Positions 1-9,220 are shown, counted from the first letter of the stretch. The stretch is DNA of 33,189 nt from an uncultured Rhabdothermincola sp. (GCA_964399375.1 CAYNQN010000006.1:1-33189); one strand, 5' to 3'. A program made the numbers and translations. The notes: generated from the sequence alone by a model not told the origin.

Positions 1-490
1 TGAGCTTGAGGAGGATGTTCTCGACGTCCTCGCCCACGTAGCCGGCCTCGGTGAGGGCCGTGGCATCCGCGATGGCGAACGGGACGTTGAGCATCCGGGC
101 GAGGGTCTGGGCCAGGAGGGTCTTGCCGCACCCCGTGGGGCCGATGAGCAAGATGTTCGACTTGGCCAGCTCGACGTCGTCGGTGGCGGTGGCCCCGTAC
201 TGCACGCGCTTGTAGGGGTTGTAGACGGCGACGGAGAGGATCTTCTTGGCCTGCGTCTGGCCGACGATGTAGTCGTTCAGGAACTCGTAGATCTCACGCG
301 GCTTCGGGAGCTCCTCGAAGCGGAGGTCGGAGCTCTCCGCCAGCTCCTCTTCGATGATCTCGTTGCACAGGTCTATGCACTCGTCGCAGATGTAGACGCC
401 AGGCCCGGCGATGAGCTTCTTCACCTGCTTCTGCGACTTGCCGCAGAACGAGCACTTGAGAAGCTCGCCTCCGTCCCCGAACTTGGCCAC
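1..490 (-). CDS. clpX: ATP-dependent Clp protease ATP-binding subunit ClpX, N-terminal ~163 aa; the 3' end runs off the window
   Basis: My own minus-strand translation from GTG (revcomp of 488-490) gives [50 protein letters not shown] (C4 zinc finger), then [50 protein letters not shown] (Walker A). It is absent from the ORF track because it is truncated by the window edge. It sits in the classical tig-clpP-clpX context. Confidence 0.93.
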   Translation of the reverse strand, partial: MAKFGDGGELLKCSFCGKSQKQVKKLIAGPGVYICDECIDLCNEIIEEELAESSDLRFEELPKPREIYEFLNDYIVGQTQAKKILSVAVYNPYKRVQYGATATDDVELAKSNILLIGPTGCGKTLLAQTLARMLNVPFAIADATALTEAGYVGEDVENILLKL

Positions 491-547
491 TGCGACTCCC
501 GATCTCTCGTGCCTTGCTGCGTGCCTGGGTTCGCCCGCTGGGCTCGG

Positions 548-1180
548 TCAGCTAACCGCGCTTATGGGGCCACTCACGTCCGCCAGCTGCCGGGCGGCTA
601 TGACCTCATCGATGATGCCGTATTCGCGGGCCTCAGCGGCGGACATCACGAAGTCGCGGTCGGTGTCCTTGTGCACCTTGTCGATGGACTGGCCCGTGTG
701 ACCTGCGAGGATCTCCTCCAGGAGGGTCCTGAGGCGGTTGATCTCACGGGCGGCCAGCTCGATGTCGGTGGCCTGGCCGTAGGCCTCGGAGTAGGGCTGG
801 TGCAGCAGGATGCGGGTGTGCGGCAGCGCCAGGCGCTTCCCCCTGGTTCCCGCCGCCAGGAGCACAGCTGCGGCCGAGGCGGCCTGCCCGAAGCAGATGG
901 TGGACACGTCGTTCTTGACGAACTGCATGGTGTCGTAGATGGCGAGGAGCGCCGTGATGGAGCCGCCCGGCGAGTTGATGTAGAGGTTGATGTCCTTGTC
1001 GGGGTTCTCCGACTCGAGGTGGAGCATCTGGGCACAGATGAGGTTCGCGATCGTGTCGTCGATGGGCGTACCGACGAAGATGATGTTCTCCTTGAGGAGC
1101 TTGGAGTACAGATCGAAACCCCGCTCCCCCTGCGGCGTCTTCTCGAAGACGTTGGGGACGAGATAGCTCTTGGGGTTCAT
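548..1180 (-). CDS. clpP: ATP-dependent Clp protease proteolytic subunit ClpP (210 aa)
   Basis: ORF-track protein 548..1180(-). It shows ClpP hallmarks: [10 protein letters not shown], the catalytic Ser context GQAASAAA, the His in RILLHQP, and the Asp in DTDRDF. It lies between tig and clpX. Confidence 0.95.
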   Translation of the reverse strand: MNPKSYLVPNVFEKTPQGERGFDLYSKLLKENIIFVGTPIDDTIANLICAQMLHLESENPDKDINLYINSPGGSITALLAIYDTMQFVKNDVSTICFGQAASAAAVLLAAGTRGKRLALPHTRILLHQPYSEAYGQATDIELAAREINRLRTLLEEILAGHTGQSIDKVHKDTDRDFVMSAAEAREYGIIDEVIAARQLADVSGPISAVS

Positions 1181-2535
1181 AGATCATCCTCTCCGTCAGC
1201 CTCAGAGACCTCCGGGTCTTCTTCTACCTGGAGGCTGGCACGGTCGATCGGCTGGCCCTCCTGATCCACGAGCTCCGCATGCTCGATGAGCCACTCGAGA
1301 GCCTTTCGCTTCTTCAGATCGGAGCGTATCGCCTGGGTCTGCTCAGCGCGCTCGAAGCGCTCGCGAACCTCCTCGGCGGGTAGCTCGAGCCTGGAGGCCA
1401 CGTCCGCGTACTCCTCCTCGAGGTCCTCCTCGTCGGCCTCGATGCCCTCCTCCTCGGCGACCGCCCTCAGGGCGAGGTCCACCCGGGCGCTGATAGCCGC
1501 CGCGTCGCGGAGCTCGGCGACGAACTGAGCCTGGTCGCGGCCGGTGCCGGCCAGCCACTGGTCGATGGTGAGGCCCTGGGCCTGGAGGCGCAGGGCCAGA
1601 TCGTTGATGCGGTCCTGCAGCTCTGCCGCCACCAGGGCCTCGGGGATCTCGTCGTCGACCAGATCGGCCAGGGCGTTGGCCACCCCTTCCCGCAGCGCCA
1701 TCTGCGCCTGGGCCCTGCGGGCCTGCCCGAGCCGCTCGCGCAGGTCGGCGCGCAGCTCCTCGAGCGTCTCCATCTCCGACGCCTCGGCGGCGAAGGCGTC
1801 GTCGAGGTCGGGAAGGCGACGAGCCTGCACCTCTTTCACCAGGACCCTCAGCTCGATGGGGTCGCCTTCGGGGTCGCCCGGGTGGGGGGCGTCGAACTGC
1901 AGGATGGCTCCCGGGCGCGAGCCACGGAGCTGCTCGTCGAGCTCGGGCACCACCGCTCCGCTGCCGAGCGGGTAGAGGTAGTCGTCTGCGGTGAGGCCCT
2001 CCAGGGCTTCGCCGCCCTGGGTCCCGGCGACGTCGATGGTGACGAAGTCGTCGTCGACCGCCGGCCGGTCGACGGGTTCCAGCTCGCCGTGCTGGACCCT
2101 GAGCCTCTCCAGCTGCTCGTCCACGTCTTCGTCGGTGGCCTCCGGCGAGGGGAGCGTGACGCGCAGGCCCTCGTAGCCGGGGACGCTGACGCGCGGGCGC
2201 ACCTCCACGACGGCGTCGAACGCCACCGCTCCCGACTCGGCCCCGTCGGTGAGGTCGATCTGGGGCGAGGCGATGACATCCACCTCGTGCTCGCGGACCG
2301 CCTGGGCGTAGTAGTCGGGCACGGCGTCGGAGATGGCCTGCTGGCGAGCCGCGTCGGTGCCGATGCGTGCCTCCAGGACCCGCCGGGGCGCCTTGCCGGG
2401 CCGGAACCCGGGGATGCGAACCTCCCTTGCGATCTTCCGGAAGGCCGCGTCTATGGCGGTCTCCAACTCATCCTCGTCGACCGTGATCGAGAGCTTGACC
2501 TTGTTGCCCTCTAGGGGCTCGACGGTGGCCTTCAC
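1177..2535 (-). CDS. tig: Trigger factor (peptidyl-prolyl isomerase chaperone), ~452 aa
   Basis: Frame of ORF 1177..2667(-). The start is trimmed to GTG (revcomp of 2533-2535), giving [25 protein letters not shown], a typical trigger-factor N-terminus. It contains [15 protein letters not shown] and an acidic C-terminus. The upstream 44 codons are Arg/Pro-rich and atypical. The stop overlaps the clpP start (ATGA at 1177-1180). Confidence 0.9.
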   Translation of the reverse strand: MKATVEPLEGNKVKLSITVDEDELETAIDAAFRKIAREVRIPGFRPGKAPRRVLEARIGTDAARQQAISDAVPDYYAQAVREHEVDVIASPQIDLTDGAESGAVAFDAVVEVRPRVSVPGYEGLRVTLPSPEATDEDVDEQLERLRVQHGELEPVDRPAVDDDFVTIDVAGTQGGEALEGLTADDYLYPLGSGAVVPELDEQLRGSRPGAILQFDAPHPGDPEGDPIELRVLVKEVQARRLPDLDDAFAAEASEMETLEELRADLRERLGQARRAQAQMALREGVANALADLVDDEIPEALVAAELQDRINDLALRLQAQGLTIDQWLAGTGRDQAQFVAELRDAAAISARVDLALRAVAEEEGIEADEEDLEEEYADVASRLELPAEEVRERFERAEQTQAIRSDLKKRKALEWLIEHAELVDQEGQPIDRASLQVEEDPEVSEADGEDDL

Positions 2536-2654
2536 AGACGGGCGAGTGTACTGGTCGGCCCGCCGCACCCCTGCACGACCCCTCAGCTCCAGCTGAGAAG
2601 GAGCCGGCGGCCTGCCAAACTGGCGCTCACCCGACACGGAGGCTGCCCAAACCC

Positions 2655-3407
2655 ATGGACGACGCATCCATCAAGATCACGCCGGACCGCTTCGACGCCG
2701 TCCTCTTCGACCTCGACGGCGTGCTCACCAAGACCGCTGCCGTGCACGCCCGGGCCTGGGAGCAGATGTTCGACGAGTTCCTGCAGGAGCGAGCCAGACG
2801 GGAGCACGAGAGGTACGAGCCCTTCAGGCAACCGGACGACTACGTGGCCTACCTCGACGGCGAGCCTCGCTACGACGGGGTGAGGCACTTCCTCGCCTCA
2901 CGCCACATCAGCCTTCCCGAGGGTTCCCCCGACGATCCACCCACCGCTTCGACGGTGTGCGGCCTGGGCAACCGCAAGGACGAGCTGGTGCAGAAGGTGC
3001 TCGCCACCAAGGGGGTGGAGGTGTACGAGGGCTCGGTGGAGCTGTTGAAGGCGGTGCGGGCAGCGGGGATCAAGACCGCCGTCGTGTCTTCGAGCAAGAA
3101 CTGCAAGAACGTGATCGAGGCAGCGGGGATAGCCGACCAGTTCGACACCCGCGTGGACGGTTACGCCGTGGAAGAGGGAGGAATGGCGGGAAAGCCCGCA
3201 CCCGACACCTACCTGGCCGCTGCGAAGGAGCTGGGAGCCGAGCCCGCCAGGGCCGTCGTGCTGGAGGACGCCCTTGCCGGTGTGGAGTCGGGGCGCAACG
3301 GCCACTTCGGCCTGGTCGTGGGGGTGGACCGGGCGAACCAGGCCGACGCCCTGCGGGCCCACGGCGCCGACATCGTCGTCACCGACCTCGCCACGCTGAT
3401 CCCATGA
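2655..3407 (+). CDS. HAD-superfamily hydrolase, beta-phosphoglucomutase-like (250 aa)
   Basis: It has the DxD nucleophile motif FDLDGVLT, further HAD motifs (VVSSSKN, LEDALAGVESG), and a GGAGG-like RBS about 12 nt upstream. It is translationally coupled (ATGA at 3404-3407) to a GH65 phosphorylase, the usual partner of beta-PGM. Confidence 0.85.
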   Translation: MDDASIKITPDRFDAVLFDLDGVLTKTAAVHARAWEQMFDEFLQERARREHERYEPFRQPDDYVAYLDGEPRYDGVRHFLASRHISLPEGSPDDPPTASTVCGLGNRKDELVQKVLATKGVEVYEGSVELLKAVRAAGIKTAVVSSSKNCKNVIEAAGIADQFDTRVDGYAVEEGGMAGKPAPDTYLAAAKELGAEPARAVVLEDALAGVESGRNGHFGLVVGVDRANQADALRAHGADIVVTDLATLIP

Positions 3408-5779
3408 CCATCTCTCCCGAGGACACCCAGCCGAGCCAGGCGACGCCACCTGGTGCGACCCCGGCCCCCGAGCCCACATACCCCATCGAGGGTTGGCACA
3501 TCCGCGAGACCGACTTCGACGCCGACAAGCTGGGCGCCAGCGAGACGCTCTTCTCGACGGCCAACGGCTACCTGGGACTGCGGGCCAACCTGGAGGAGGG
3601 AGCGCCCTCGGTCGAGCACGGCACGTACCTGAACGGCTTCTACGAGACTCGGCCCTACGTGTACCCGGAGTCGGCGTACGGCTTCGCCCGCGACGCCCAG
3701 ACCATGCTCAACGTCACCGACGGCAAGGTCATCCGCCTCGAGGTCGACGGCGAGACGCTGGACGTCACGACCGGGACCCTCGTGCAGCACGAGAGGGTGC
3801 TGGACCTTCGCCAGGGCTACTCGGGGCGCGAGGTGGTGTGGGAGTCACCCGGCGGCAAGCGCATATCGCTGCGCACCCGGCGGCTGGTGTCGCTCGCCCA
3901 CCGCCACCTGGCCTGCATCGAGTACGAGGTGACGGCCCTCGAGGAGCCGCTGACGCTGAAGGTCTGCTCGGAGCTGGTGGCCAACGAGAGCGACAGCACC
4001 CGGGGCGACGACCCGCGGGAGGTCTCCTCGTACTGGGGTCAGGTGCTCCAGCCAGTGTGGGAGCGCGTCGAGGGGACCCGGCTCGGCCTGGGCCACACGG
4101 TGGCGCGCAGCGGCCTGACCGTCTGCTGCGCCGCCGACCACCACGTCATCTCGGGCCAGGAGTGCGAGGTCACGAACGGCAAGGAAGACGGCTCCAGGGT
4201 GTGGGTGACCTTCGCCGTGAAGGCCGAAGTGGGCATCCCCTTCAGGTTCGTCAAGTACCTCGCCTACACCTACGGGCCGGACTCGGAGCGTGACCAGCTC
4301 CGTGAGAGGGCCGAGAACCTGCTGGACCACTCCCTCAACCGCAACATGCCCGAGCTCATCGGGATGCAGACGAGCATCCTCGACTCGTTCTGGCAGGACT
4401 GCCACATGACGGTGGAGGGCGACGACGCCGTGCAGCAGGCCGTGCGCTTCGGCTTGTTCCAGATCATGCAGGCCTCGTCGCGGGCCGAGCAGACCGGGAT
4501 CCCCGCCAAGGGGCTCACCGGCCAGGGCTACGGCGGGCACTACTTCTGGGACATGGAGACCTACGTGCTCCACGTGCTCACCTACCTCTCGCCCGAGCAC
4601 ACCGCCAGGGCGCTGAAGTTCCGCCACGCCACCCTCGACGCCGCCCGGGCACGGGCCACCGAGCTCTCGCTGCCGGGCGCCCTCTACCCGTGGCGCACGA
4701 TCAACGGCAACGAGGCCTCGGCCTTCTTCCCCGCCGGCACGGCCGAGTACCACATCAACGCGGACATCGCCGAGGCCATCCAGCACTACGTGGAGGTCAC
4801 GGGTGACGAGCAGTTCCTGGTGGAGCACGGCGCGGAGATGCTCATCGAGACGGCGCGCATGTGGGCCGGGTTGGGCTTCTTCGACCAGTCCCGCGACGGT
4901 GCGTTCTGCATAAACGACGTGACCGGTCCCGACGAGTACACGGCCATCGTCGACAACAACACCTTCACCAACCTCATGGCGCAGGCCAACTTGGAGCACG
5001 CCGTGGCGGCAGTGGAGCTCCTGAAGGCCGACCACGCCGACGCCTTCGCCGAGCTGGCCGAGAGCCTCTCGCTGCGCGACGAGGAGGTGGACCTGTGGCG
5101 CCGGGCGGCGGAGAAGATGTACGTGCACCGAGACGAGCAACTGGGGATCCACGGCCAGGACGACTCGTTCCTCGACAAGGAGCCGTGGGACATCTCCACC
5201 ATCCCTGCCGAGAAGCGCCCGCTGCTGCTGCACTACCACCCGCTGCACCTCTACAGGCGCCAGGTGATCAAGCAGGCCGACCTGGTGCTCGCGATGGTGC
5301 TGCAGGGACACCGCTTCACCGACGCCGACAAGCGCGCCAACTTCGACTACTACGACCCCATCACCACGGCCGACTCATCGCTATCGCTGTGCATCCAGGC
5401 GATCATGGCGGCCGAGGTGGGCCACGTGGACCTCGCCTGGGAGTACACCCGGCACACCGCTCTCACCGATCTCGACGACGAGGCCGGCAACGTGCACGAC
5501 GGCATCCACATCGCCTCCGTGGCGGGAAGCTGGATGGCGCTGGTGTGCGGCTTCGGCGGCCTGCGCCGGCGCGACGGGAAGCTCTCGTTCGCCCCGAAGC
5601 TCCCCAGTGCTCTGGATTGCCTCACCTTCCGCCTGCGCTACCACGACCGCATGATCGAGGTGGCCGTCAAGCCCGAGAGCACCACCTACTCACTGCACAG
5701 GGGCGACGACGTGGAGATAACGCACAACTCCACGCCACTGACCATCACCTCGGCTCAGCCGGTGACGGTCGAGAACTGA
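3404..5779 (+). CDS. Glycoside hydrolase family 65 disaccharide phosphorylase (trehalose/maltose/kojibiose phosphorylase type), 791 aa
   Basis: Frame of ORF 2957..5779. The start is set at ATG 3404 (MTISPEDTQ...), because the upstream 149 codons are an Arg/Gly-rich read-through overlapping the HAD gene. GH65-like signatures are ETLFSTANGYLGLRANLEEG and GLTGQGYGGHYFWDMETYVL (catalytic acid region). Confidence 0.88.
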   Translation: MTISPEDTQPSQATPPGATPAPEPTYPIEGWHIRETDFDADKLGASETLFSTANGYLGLRANLEEGAPSVEHGTYLNGFYETRPYVYPESAYGFARDAQTMLNVTDGKVIRLEVDGETLDVTTGTLVQHERVLDLRQGYSGREVVWESPGGKRISLRTRRLVSLAHRHLACIEYEVTALEEPLTLKVCSELVANESDSTRGDDPREVSSYWGQVLQPVWERVEGTRLGLGHTVARSGLTVCCAADHHVISGQECEVTNGKEDGSRVWVTFAVKAEVGIPFRFVKYLAYTYGPDSERDQLRERAENLLDHSLNRNMPELIGMQTSILDSFWQDCHMTVEGDDAVQQAVRFGLFQIMQASSRAEQTGIPAKGLTGQGYGGHYFWDMETYVLHVLTYLSPEHTARALKFRHATLDAARARATELSLPGALYPWRTINGNEASAFFPAGTAEYHINADIAEAIQHYVEVTGDEQFLVEHGAEMLIETARMWAGLGFFDQSRDGAFCINDVTGPDEYTAIVDNNTFTNLMAQANLEHAVAAVELLKADHADAFAELAESLSLRDEEVDLWRRAAEKMYVHRDEQLGIHGQDDSFLDKEPWDISTIPAEKRPLLLHYHPLHLYRRQVIKQADLVLAMVLQGHRFTDADKRANFDYYDPITTADSSLSLCIQAIMAAEVGHVDLAWEYTRHTALTDLDDEAGNVHDGIHIASVAGSWMALVCGFGGLRRRDGKLSFAPKLPSALDCLTFRLRYHDRMIEVAVKPESTTYSLHRGDDVEITHNSTPLTITSAQPVTVEN

Positions 5780-5818
5780 CCGGGAGGGGGCCACGCTCCG
5801 TGCGCGGCCCCCTCCCGG
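5780..5818. terminator. Perfect 13-bp GC-rich hairpin between convergent genes, a likely bidirectional terminator
   Basis: CCGGGAGGGGGCC (5780-5792) and GGCCCCCTCCCGG (5806-5818) are exact reverse complements, separated by a 13-nt loop. The hairpin starts 1 nt after the GH65 stop and ends 4 nt before the stop of the minus-strand DUF308 gene. Confidence 0.6.
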
Positions 5819-5821
5819 CGT

Positions 5822-6379
5822 TCAGGAGTTGGCGAAGCGCCTCGCCTGCACGGAGAGGTAGATCTCGGCGATCCCCATGATGATGAGGTCGATGCCGATG
5901 ATCACCGCCAGTGCCCACAGCGTGATGGTCGGCCAGGCGATGGCCAGGATGCCCACCACCAGCTCGACGAGCCCGGCCAGCGCCCAGAGCCCGTAGAGGC
6001 GGGGGCGGGCCGAGAGCGACCCGACGATGCGCACCAGGCCTCGCACGATGAGCGCGATACCGATGATGAGCACGAGCGCCCACAAGGTGATGCTCGGCCA
6101 CACGACGGCGACGATGCCGGCTGCGATCGAGAGCACGCCCCAGAGGATGGGGACCCACATGTTGGAGCCCCATCGGGCCGACACGATCAGGTCGCCAAGG
6201 CCGTTCACCAGGAACGAGACGGCAATGATTATCACGAGTGCGAAGATCGTGATGTGCGGCCAAACGATGGCGATGATGCCCGCCGCCAACGAGACCAGGC
6301 CCAGCAAGAGCCCCAGCCACCACATGCTGGCGGCCCTCCGGACGGCTTCTTCGTCTACGACTACAACTGCCTCGGTCAT
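5822..6379 (-). CDS. DUF308/HdeD-family integral membrane protein (185 aa) with three internal repeats
   Basis: It carries three repeats of the W-P-x-I-T-(I/L)-(F/W)-A-L-V type (IVWPHITIFALVIIIA, VVWPSITLWALVLIIG, IAWPTITLWALAVIIG) and is hydrophobic throughout. A strong RBS (AAGGAGG) sits 6 nt upstream of ATG 6379 on the minus strand. Confidence 0.75.
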   Translation of the reverse strand: MTEAVVVVDEEAVRRAASMWWLGLLLGLVSLAAGIIAIVWPHITIFALVIIIAVSFLVNGLGDLIVSARWGSNMWVPILWGVLSIAAGIVAVVWPSITLWALVLIIGIALIVRGLVRIVGSLSARPRLYGLWALAGLVELVVGILAIAWPTITLWALAVIIGIDLIIMGIAEIYLSVQARRFANS

Positions 6380-6532
6380 TCAGACCTCCTTGCCACGGGA
6401 TGTGGAGTGGTCCCCAGGCGGTTGCCCGGACAGGACCCGAGCAGAAACTAGGCCACCAGCCCTCGGCAAACGGGGATGACGGCCGTCACGGCGGGGGCAC
6501 TGGGCGGCTGTGGATCGTCGGGCGACACGGCA

Positions 6533-8188
6533 TCACGAGGATGCCGCAGCAACCGCCTGCTCGCGGGCCCAGCGGTAGTCGGCCTTGCCTGCGGGCGAGC
6601 GCACGATCTCGTCGAGGTACACGAAGGCCTTCGGCAGCTTGTAGCGGGCGATGTGGCGCTCGGCCTCGGCCAGCAGCTCGTCGTCGGTGGCGGCCTGGCC
6701 GTCACGCAGCTGCACCACGGCGACCACCTCGTTGCCCCAGCGCTCCGAGGGGCGCCCGACCACGACCACGTCGTAGACGGCCGGATGGTGGGCGACGGCC
6801 TGCTCCACCTCTTCCGCGAAGATCTTCTCGCCACCCGAGTTGATGGTGACCGAGTCGCGGCCCAGCAGCTCGAGCTCGCCGTCTTCCAGCAGGCGGGCGC
6901 GGTCGCCGGGGATGCTGAAGCGCACGCCGTCGATCACCGGGAAGGTGCGAGCGGTCTTGTCGGGGTCGCCCAGGTAGCCGACGGGAACCCGGCCCCGGCG
7001 AGCCAGCCACCCGATGCCGTCGTGGCCCGCCGGAAGGATCTTGGTCATGTCCTCGTCCACCACCACGGTGTCGGGGTCGGGCGCGAACGTGCCCGTGGTG
7101 GCCTTCGAGCCGGCAGCGGAGCCGTGGCTCATCTGGTAGCCGGTCTCGGAGGCTCCGACGGCGTCGATGACGAAGATGTTGGGGAGCGCTGCGAGGATGC
7201 GGTCCTTGAGGCCGGCGTTGAGCGGGGCACCACCGTTGGCGATCACCGCCAGGCTGGACGTGTCGTAGCTCCCCCGCTCCAGCTCGTCGATGAGGGGGCG
7301 GGCGATGGCGTCGCCGACCACCGGGATGCTGAGCAGGCGCTCCCGGGCCACGGTCTCCCACACGTCTACGGGATCGAGCTTGTGCACGTTGCTGGGCACC
7401 ACGAGGCAGCCACCGGCGGTGATGCCGATGAACGAGGCCCACTGGGCCGCTCCGTGCATGAGCGGCGCCAGCAGCAGCGTGCGGAACCCACCGCCGCCGT
7501 TGCGCGCTCCTTCTGCCACCGCCTCGTAGTCGGCCAGGTCCTCCGTGCTGCCGAAGGGCCTTCCACCCATCGCCGCTATGAAGATGTCGTCCTGGCGCCA
7601 CATCACGCCCTTAGGCATGCCGGTGGTGCCGCCCGTGTAGACGATGTAGAGGTCGTCGGGCGACGGCTCGATGGGCGGCCGCTGGGGCGAGGCGGCCGCC
7701 AGGGCCTCCTCGTAGTCGACGGCTCCGGAGAGCAGGCCGTTGCCCGACTCGTCGGCCACCTGCAACAGCAGCTCCAGCTGCGGTAGCTGGTCGCGCACCT
7801 CGGCGAGGATGGGTGCGAACTCGGCGTTGTAGATGATCGCCTTGGCCCCGGCGTCGGCGAGCAGGTAGCTGAGCTCCTCGGTGACGTAGCGGTAGTTCAC
7901 GTTGAAAGGCGCGGAGCGGGACTTGTACGCCCCGATCATCCCCTCCAGGTACTCGTTGCCGTTGCGGAGGTAGAGGGCGACGTGGTCCTGGCCGGACTCG
8001 TGGCCGGCCAACTCGGAGCGCTCGGTGCGCACGGTGATGCCGTGGTCGAGCAGCACGTTGGCAACCCGGTTGGTGCGCTCGTCGAGCTGGCGGTAGGTGA
8101 AGCGGCGGTCCCGCCACACCATCACCTCTTGGTCGGGCACCGCCTCGGCCACGGTGGTGAACACCTTGGCCAGGTTGAACTCTCCCAT
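6533..8188 (-). CDS. AMP-dependent acyl-CoA synthetase/ligase (551 aa)
   Basis: Frame of ORF 6533..8344(-). The start is trimmed to ATG 8188 (MGEFNLAKVF...), because the longer ORF runs through the tRNA-Pro gene. It has the AMP-binding P-loop YTGGTTGMPKGV and a C-terminal KLPKAF...SPAGKADYRW typical of adenylate-forming enzymes. Confidence 0.88.
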   Translation of the reverse strand: MGEFNLAKVFTTVAEAVPDQEVMVWRDRRFTYRQLDERTNRVANVLLDHGITVRTERSELAGHESGQDHVALYLRNGNEYLEGMIGAYKSRSAPFNVNYRYVTEELSYLLADAGAKAIIYNAEFAPILAEVRDQLPQLELLLQVADESGNGLLSGAVDYEEALAAASPQRPPIEPSPDDLYIVYTGGTTGMPKGVMWRQDDIFIAAMGGRPFGSTEDLADYEAVAEGARNGGGGFRTLLLAPLMHGAAQWASFIGITAGGCLVVPSNVHKLDPVDVWETVARERLLSIPVVGDAIARPLIDELERGSYDTSSLAVIANGGAPLNAGLKDRILAALPNIFVIDAVGASETGYQMSHGSAAGSKATTGTFAPDPDTVVVDEDMTKILPAGHDGIGWLARRGRVPVGYLGDPDKTARTFPVIDGVRFSIPGDRARLLEDGELELLGRDSVTINSGGEKIFAEEVEQAVAHHPAVYDVVVVGRPSERWGNEVVAVVQLRDGQAATDDELLAEAERHIARYKLPKAFVYLDEIVRSPAGKADYRWAREQAVAAASS

Positions 8189-8244
8189 CGCTTCCTGCTC
8201 CCCCGTACGGCACCGACGAAAGCTGCCATTATCATCCAGCCCGA

Positions 8245-8319
8245 CGGGGAGTGGCGCAGCTTGGTTAGCGCGCCTGCTTTGGGAGCAGGAGGCCGGGAGT
8301 TCAAATCTCCCCTCCCCGA
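8245..8319 (+). tRNA. tRNA-Pro (anticodon TGG)
   Basis: Hand-folded cloverleaf: acceptor CGGGGAG/CTCCCCG, D arm GCGC-AGCTTGGTTA-GCGC, anticodon arm CCTGC-TTTGGGA-GCAGG (TGG), T arm GGGAG-TTCAAAT-CTCCC, discriminator A. No CCA is encoded. Confidence 0.93.
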
Positions 8320-8324
8320 CGCCT

Positions 8325-8365
8325 GGGTCCGTTCGTCCTCGCAAGCCTGCTCGGACGAACGGCCC
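8325..8365 (+). terminator. Stem-loop directly after tRNA-Pro, possibly a terminator or processing hairpin
   Basis: CCGTTCGTCC (8329-8338) pairs with GGACGAACGG (8353-8362). The stem is extended by GGG/CCC across a 1-nt bulge. The loop is 14 nt and there is no U-tract. Confidence 0.35.
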
Positions 8366-8583
8366 GCAATACCTCCGCTGCGCTGAGCCCGTTCATGGCC
8401 ACGGAGGCCAAGGAGGTTCTGGCTCGGCGTGGGGCGCAGGGTCACATCCCGCAGCCTTGAGGAGGCCTCTCGAGCGGCTGCTGCAGCTTTCGGCCCCCGC
8501 AGGGAAGGCCTCCGAACAGCAAGGGATGTGGGCCCGAGAGCCCCGAAGCGCCCGAGCGCCCGAGCCGGGCAGGACCGACGGGG

Positions 8584-9093
8584 TCAGTCGGAGCGGGAGC
8601 CTCCGAGATCCACCGCTACTGGGGGCTCGTTTGCGGCAGGCGAGTCATGGGAGACCAGGTCCGCCAGCTGGGGAGATCCGTAGACGACGGGGTCGCCGAT
8701 GATCTGCTTGGAGTGGACCATGGCCACCTTGCGGGCGAGGGCCTTGGCCTGGTCGACCTTGGGACCCTCCCAGCCGAGGTCGAGAGTCTCGTGGAACAGG
8801 TCGAGCCAACGCTCGAAGTGAGCCCGCGTGAACGAGCGGCGGGAGTGCACCAGCAGGTGCGCCCGGTAAGGGTTGCCTTCGTAGCCTGGCATCGACAGCA
8901 GCGCCCGGCACCAGAAGGCGGTCAGCTTGGGCAGGTGCTCCGACCAGTCGACCTGGGCCACGTCGTTGAACATGGGGCCGAGCAGGTCGTCCTGGGCGAC
9001 GTCGGCATAGAACCGGCGGACCATCTCCGCGATCTCCGCCGGGTCGTCGAGATCTCTCCCTCGCCAGGTGGGCTGGGCGCCAGGGGTTGTCAT
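8584..9093 (-). CDS. Group III truncated haemoglobin-like globin (169 aa)
   Basis: The pattern RFYADVAQDDLLGPMF...VDWSEHLPKLTAFWCRALL...YEGNPYRAHL...FTRAHFERWLDLFHETLD matches my recollection of group III trHb (Ctb-like) proteins. There is a ~40-aa C-terminal extension. GAGGAG RBS upstream of ATG 9093 on the minus strand. Confidence 0.7.
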   Translation of the reverse strand: MTTPGAQPTWRGRDLDDPAEIAEMVRRFYADVAQDDLLGPMFNDVAQVDWSEHLPKLTAFWCRALLSMPGYEGNPYRAHLLVHSRRSFTRAHFERWLDLFHETLDLGWEGPKVDQAKALARKVAMVHSKQIIGDPVVYGSPQLADLVSHDSPAANEPPVAVDLGGSRSD

Positions 9094-9148
9094 CGAGAGC
9101 TCCTCTCGCTCCGGGGCACCCTTAATTCTAGCCGCTCCTAGAACAAAG

Positions 9149-9220
9149 AGCGGGTGACGGGAATCGAACCCGCATAACCAGCTTGGAAGGCTGGGGCTCT
9201 AGCCATTGAGCTACACCCGC
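9149..9220 (-). tRNA. tRNA-Gly (anticodon TCC)
   Basis: The reverse complement folds as: acceptor GCGGGTG/CACCCGC, D arm GCTC-AATGGCTA-GAGC, anticodon arm CCAGC-CTTCCAA-GCTGG (TCC), T arm GCGGG-TTCGATT-CCCGT, discriminator T. Confidence 0.92.

Noticed and set aside
2957-5779. A 940-aa ORF suggesting a much longer GH65 protein. Similar 5' extensions occur at 9450..11831 (793 aa), 16477..19629 (1050 aa), 24214..26229 (671 aa) and 27342..31823.
   Set aside because: The N-terminal extensions are Arg/Gly-rich read-through overlapping the upstream genes. Internal starts at 3404, 10620, 17971, 24676 and 27507 give canonical N-termini, and most form ATGA/GTGA overlaps with the upstream stop.
2655-5779. 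The beta-PGM-like HAD gene plus GH65 phosphorylase as a novel system.
   Set aside because: This is the textbook disaccharide phosphorolysis pair (phosphorylase plus beta-phosphoglucomutase). Only the exact sugar specificity is unknown.
8189-8344. ORFs running through tRNA genes and the riboswitch: the extension of the acyl-CoA synthetase ORF across tRNA-Pro, ORFs 9128..9643(-) and 9138..9740(-) across tRNA-Gly and the riboswitch, and ORF 19895..21427(+) across tRNA-His and tRNA-Lys.
   Set aside because: These segments fold into canonical tRNA cloverleaves or the riboswitch core, and the translations have no protein-like features.
8440-8530. SRP (4.5S) RNA or another known housekeeping RNA in the spacer after tRNA-Pro, prompted by GGGAAGGCCTCCGAACAGCAAGG.
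   Set aside because: The conserved SRP helix-8 motif as I remember it (CCGGAAGG.AGCA flanking a GGAA tetraloop) is not present on either strand. I kept it only as an unexplained structured region.
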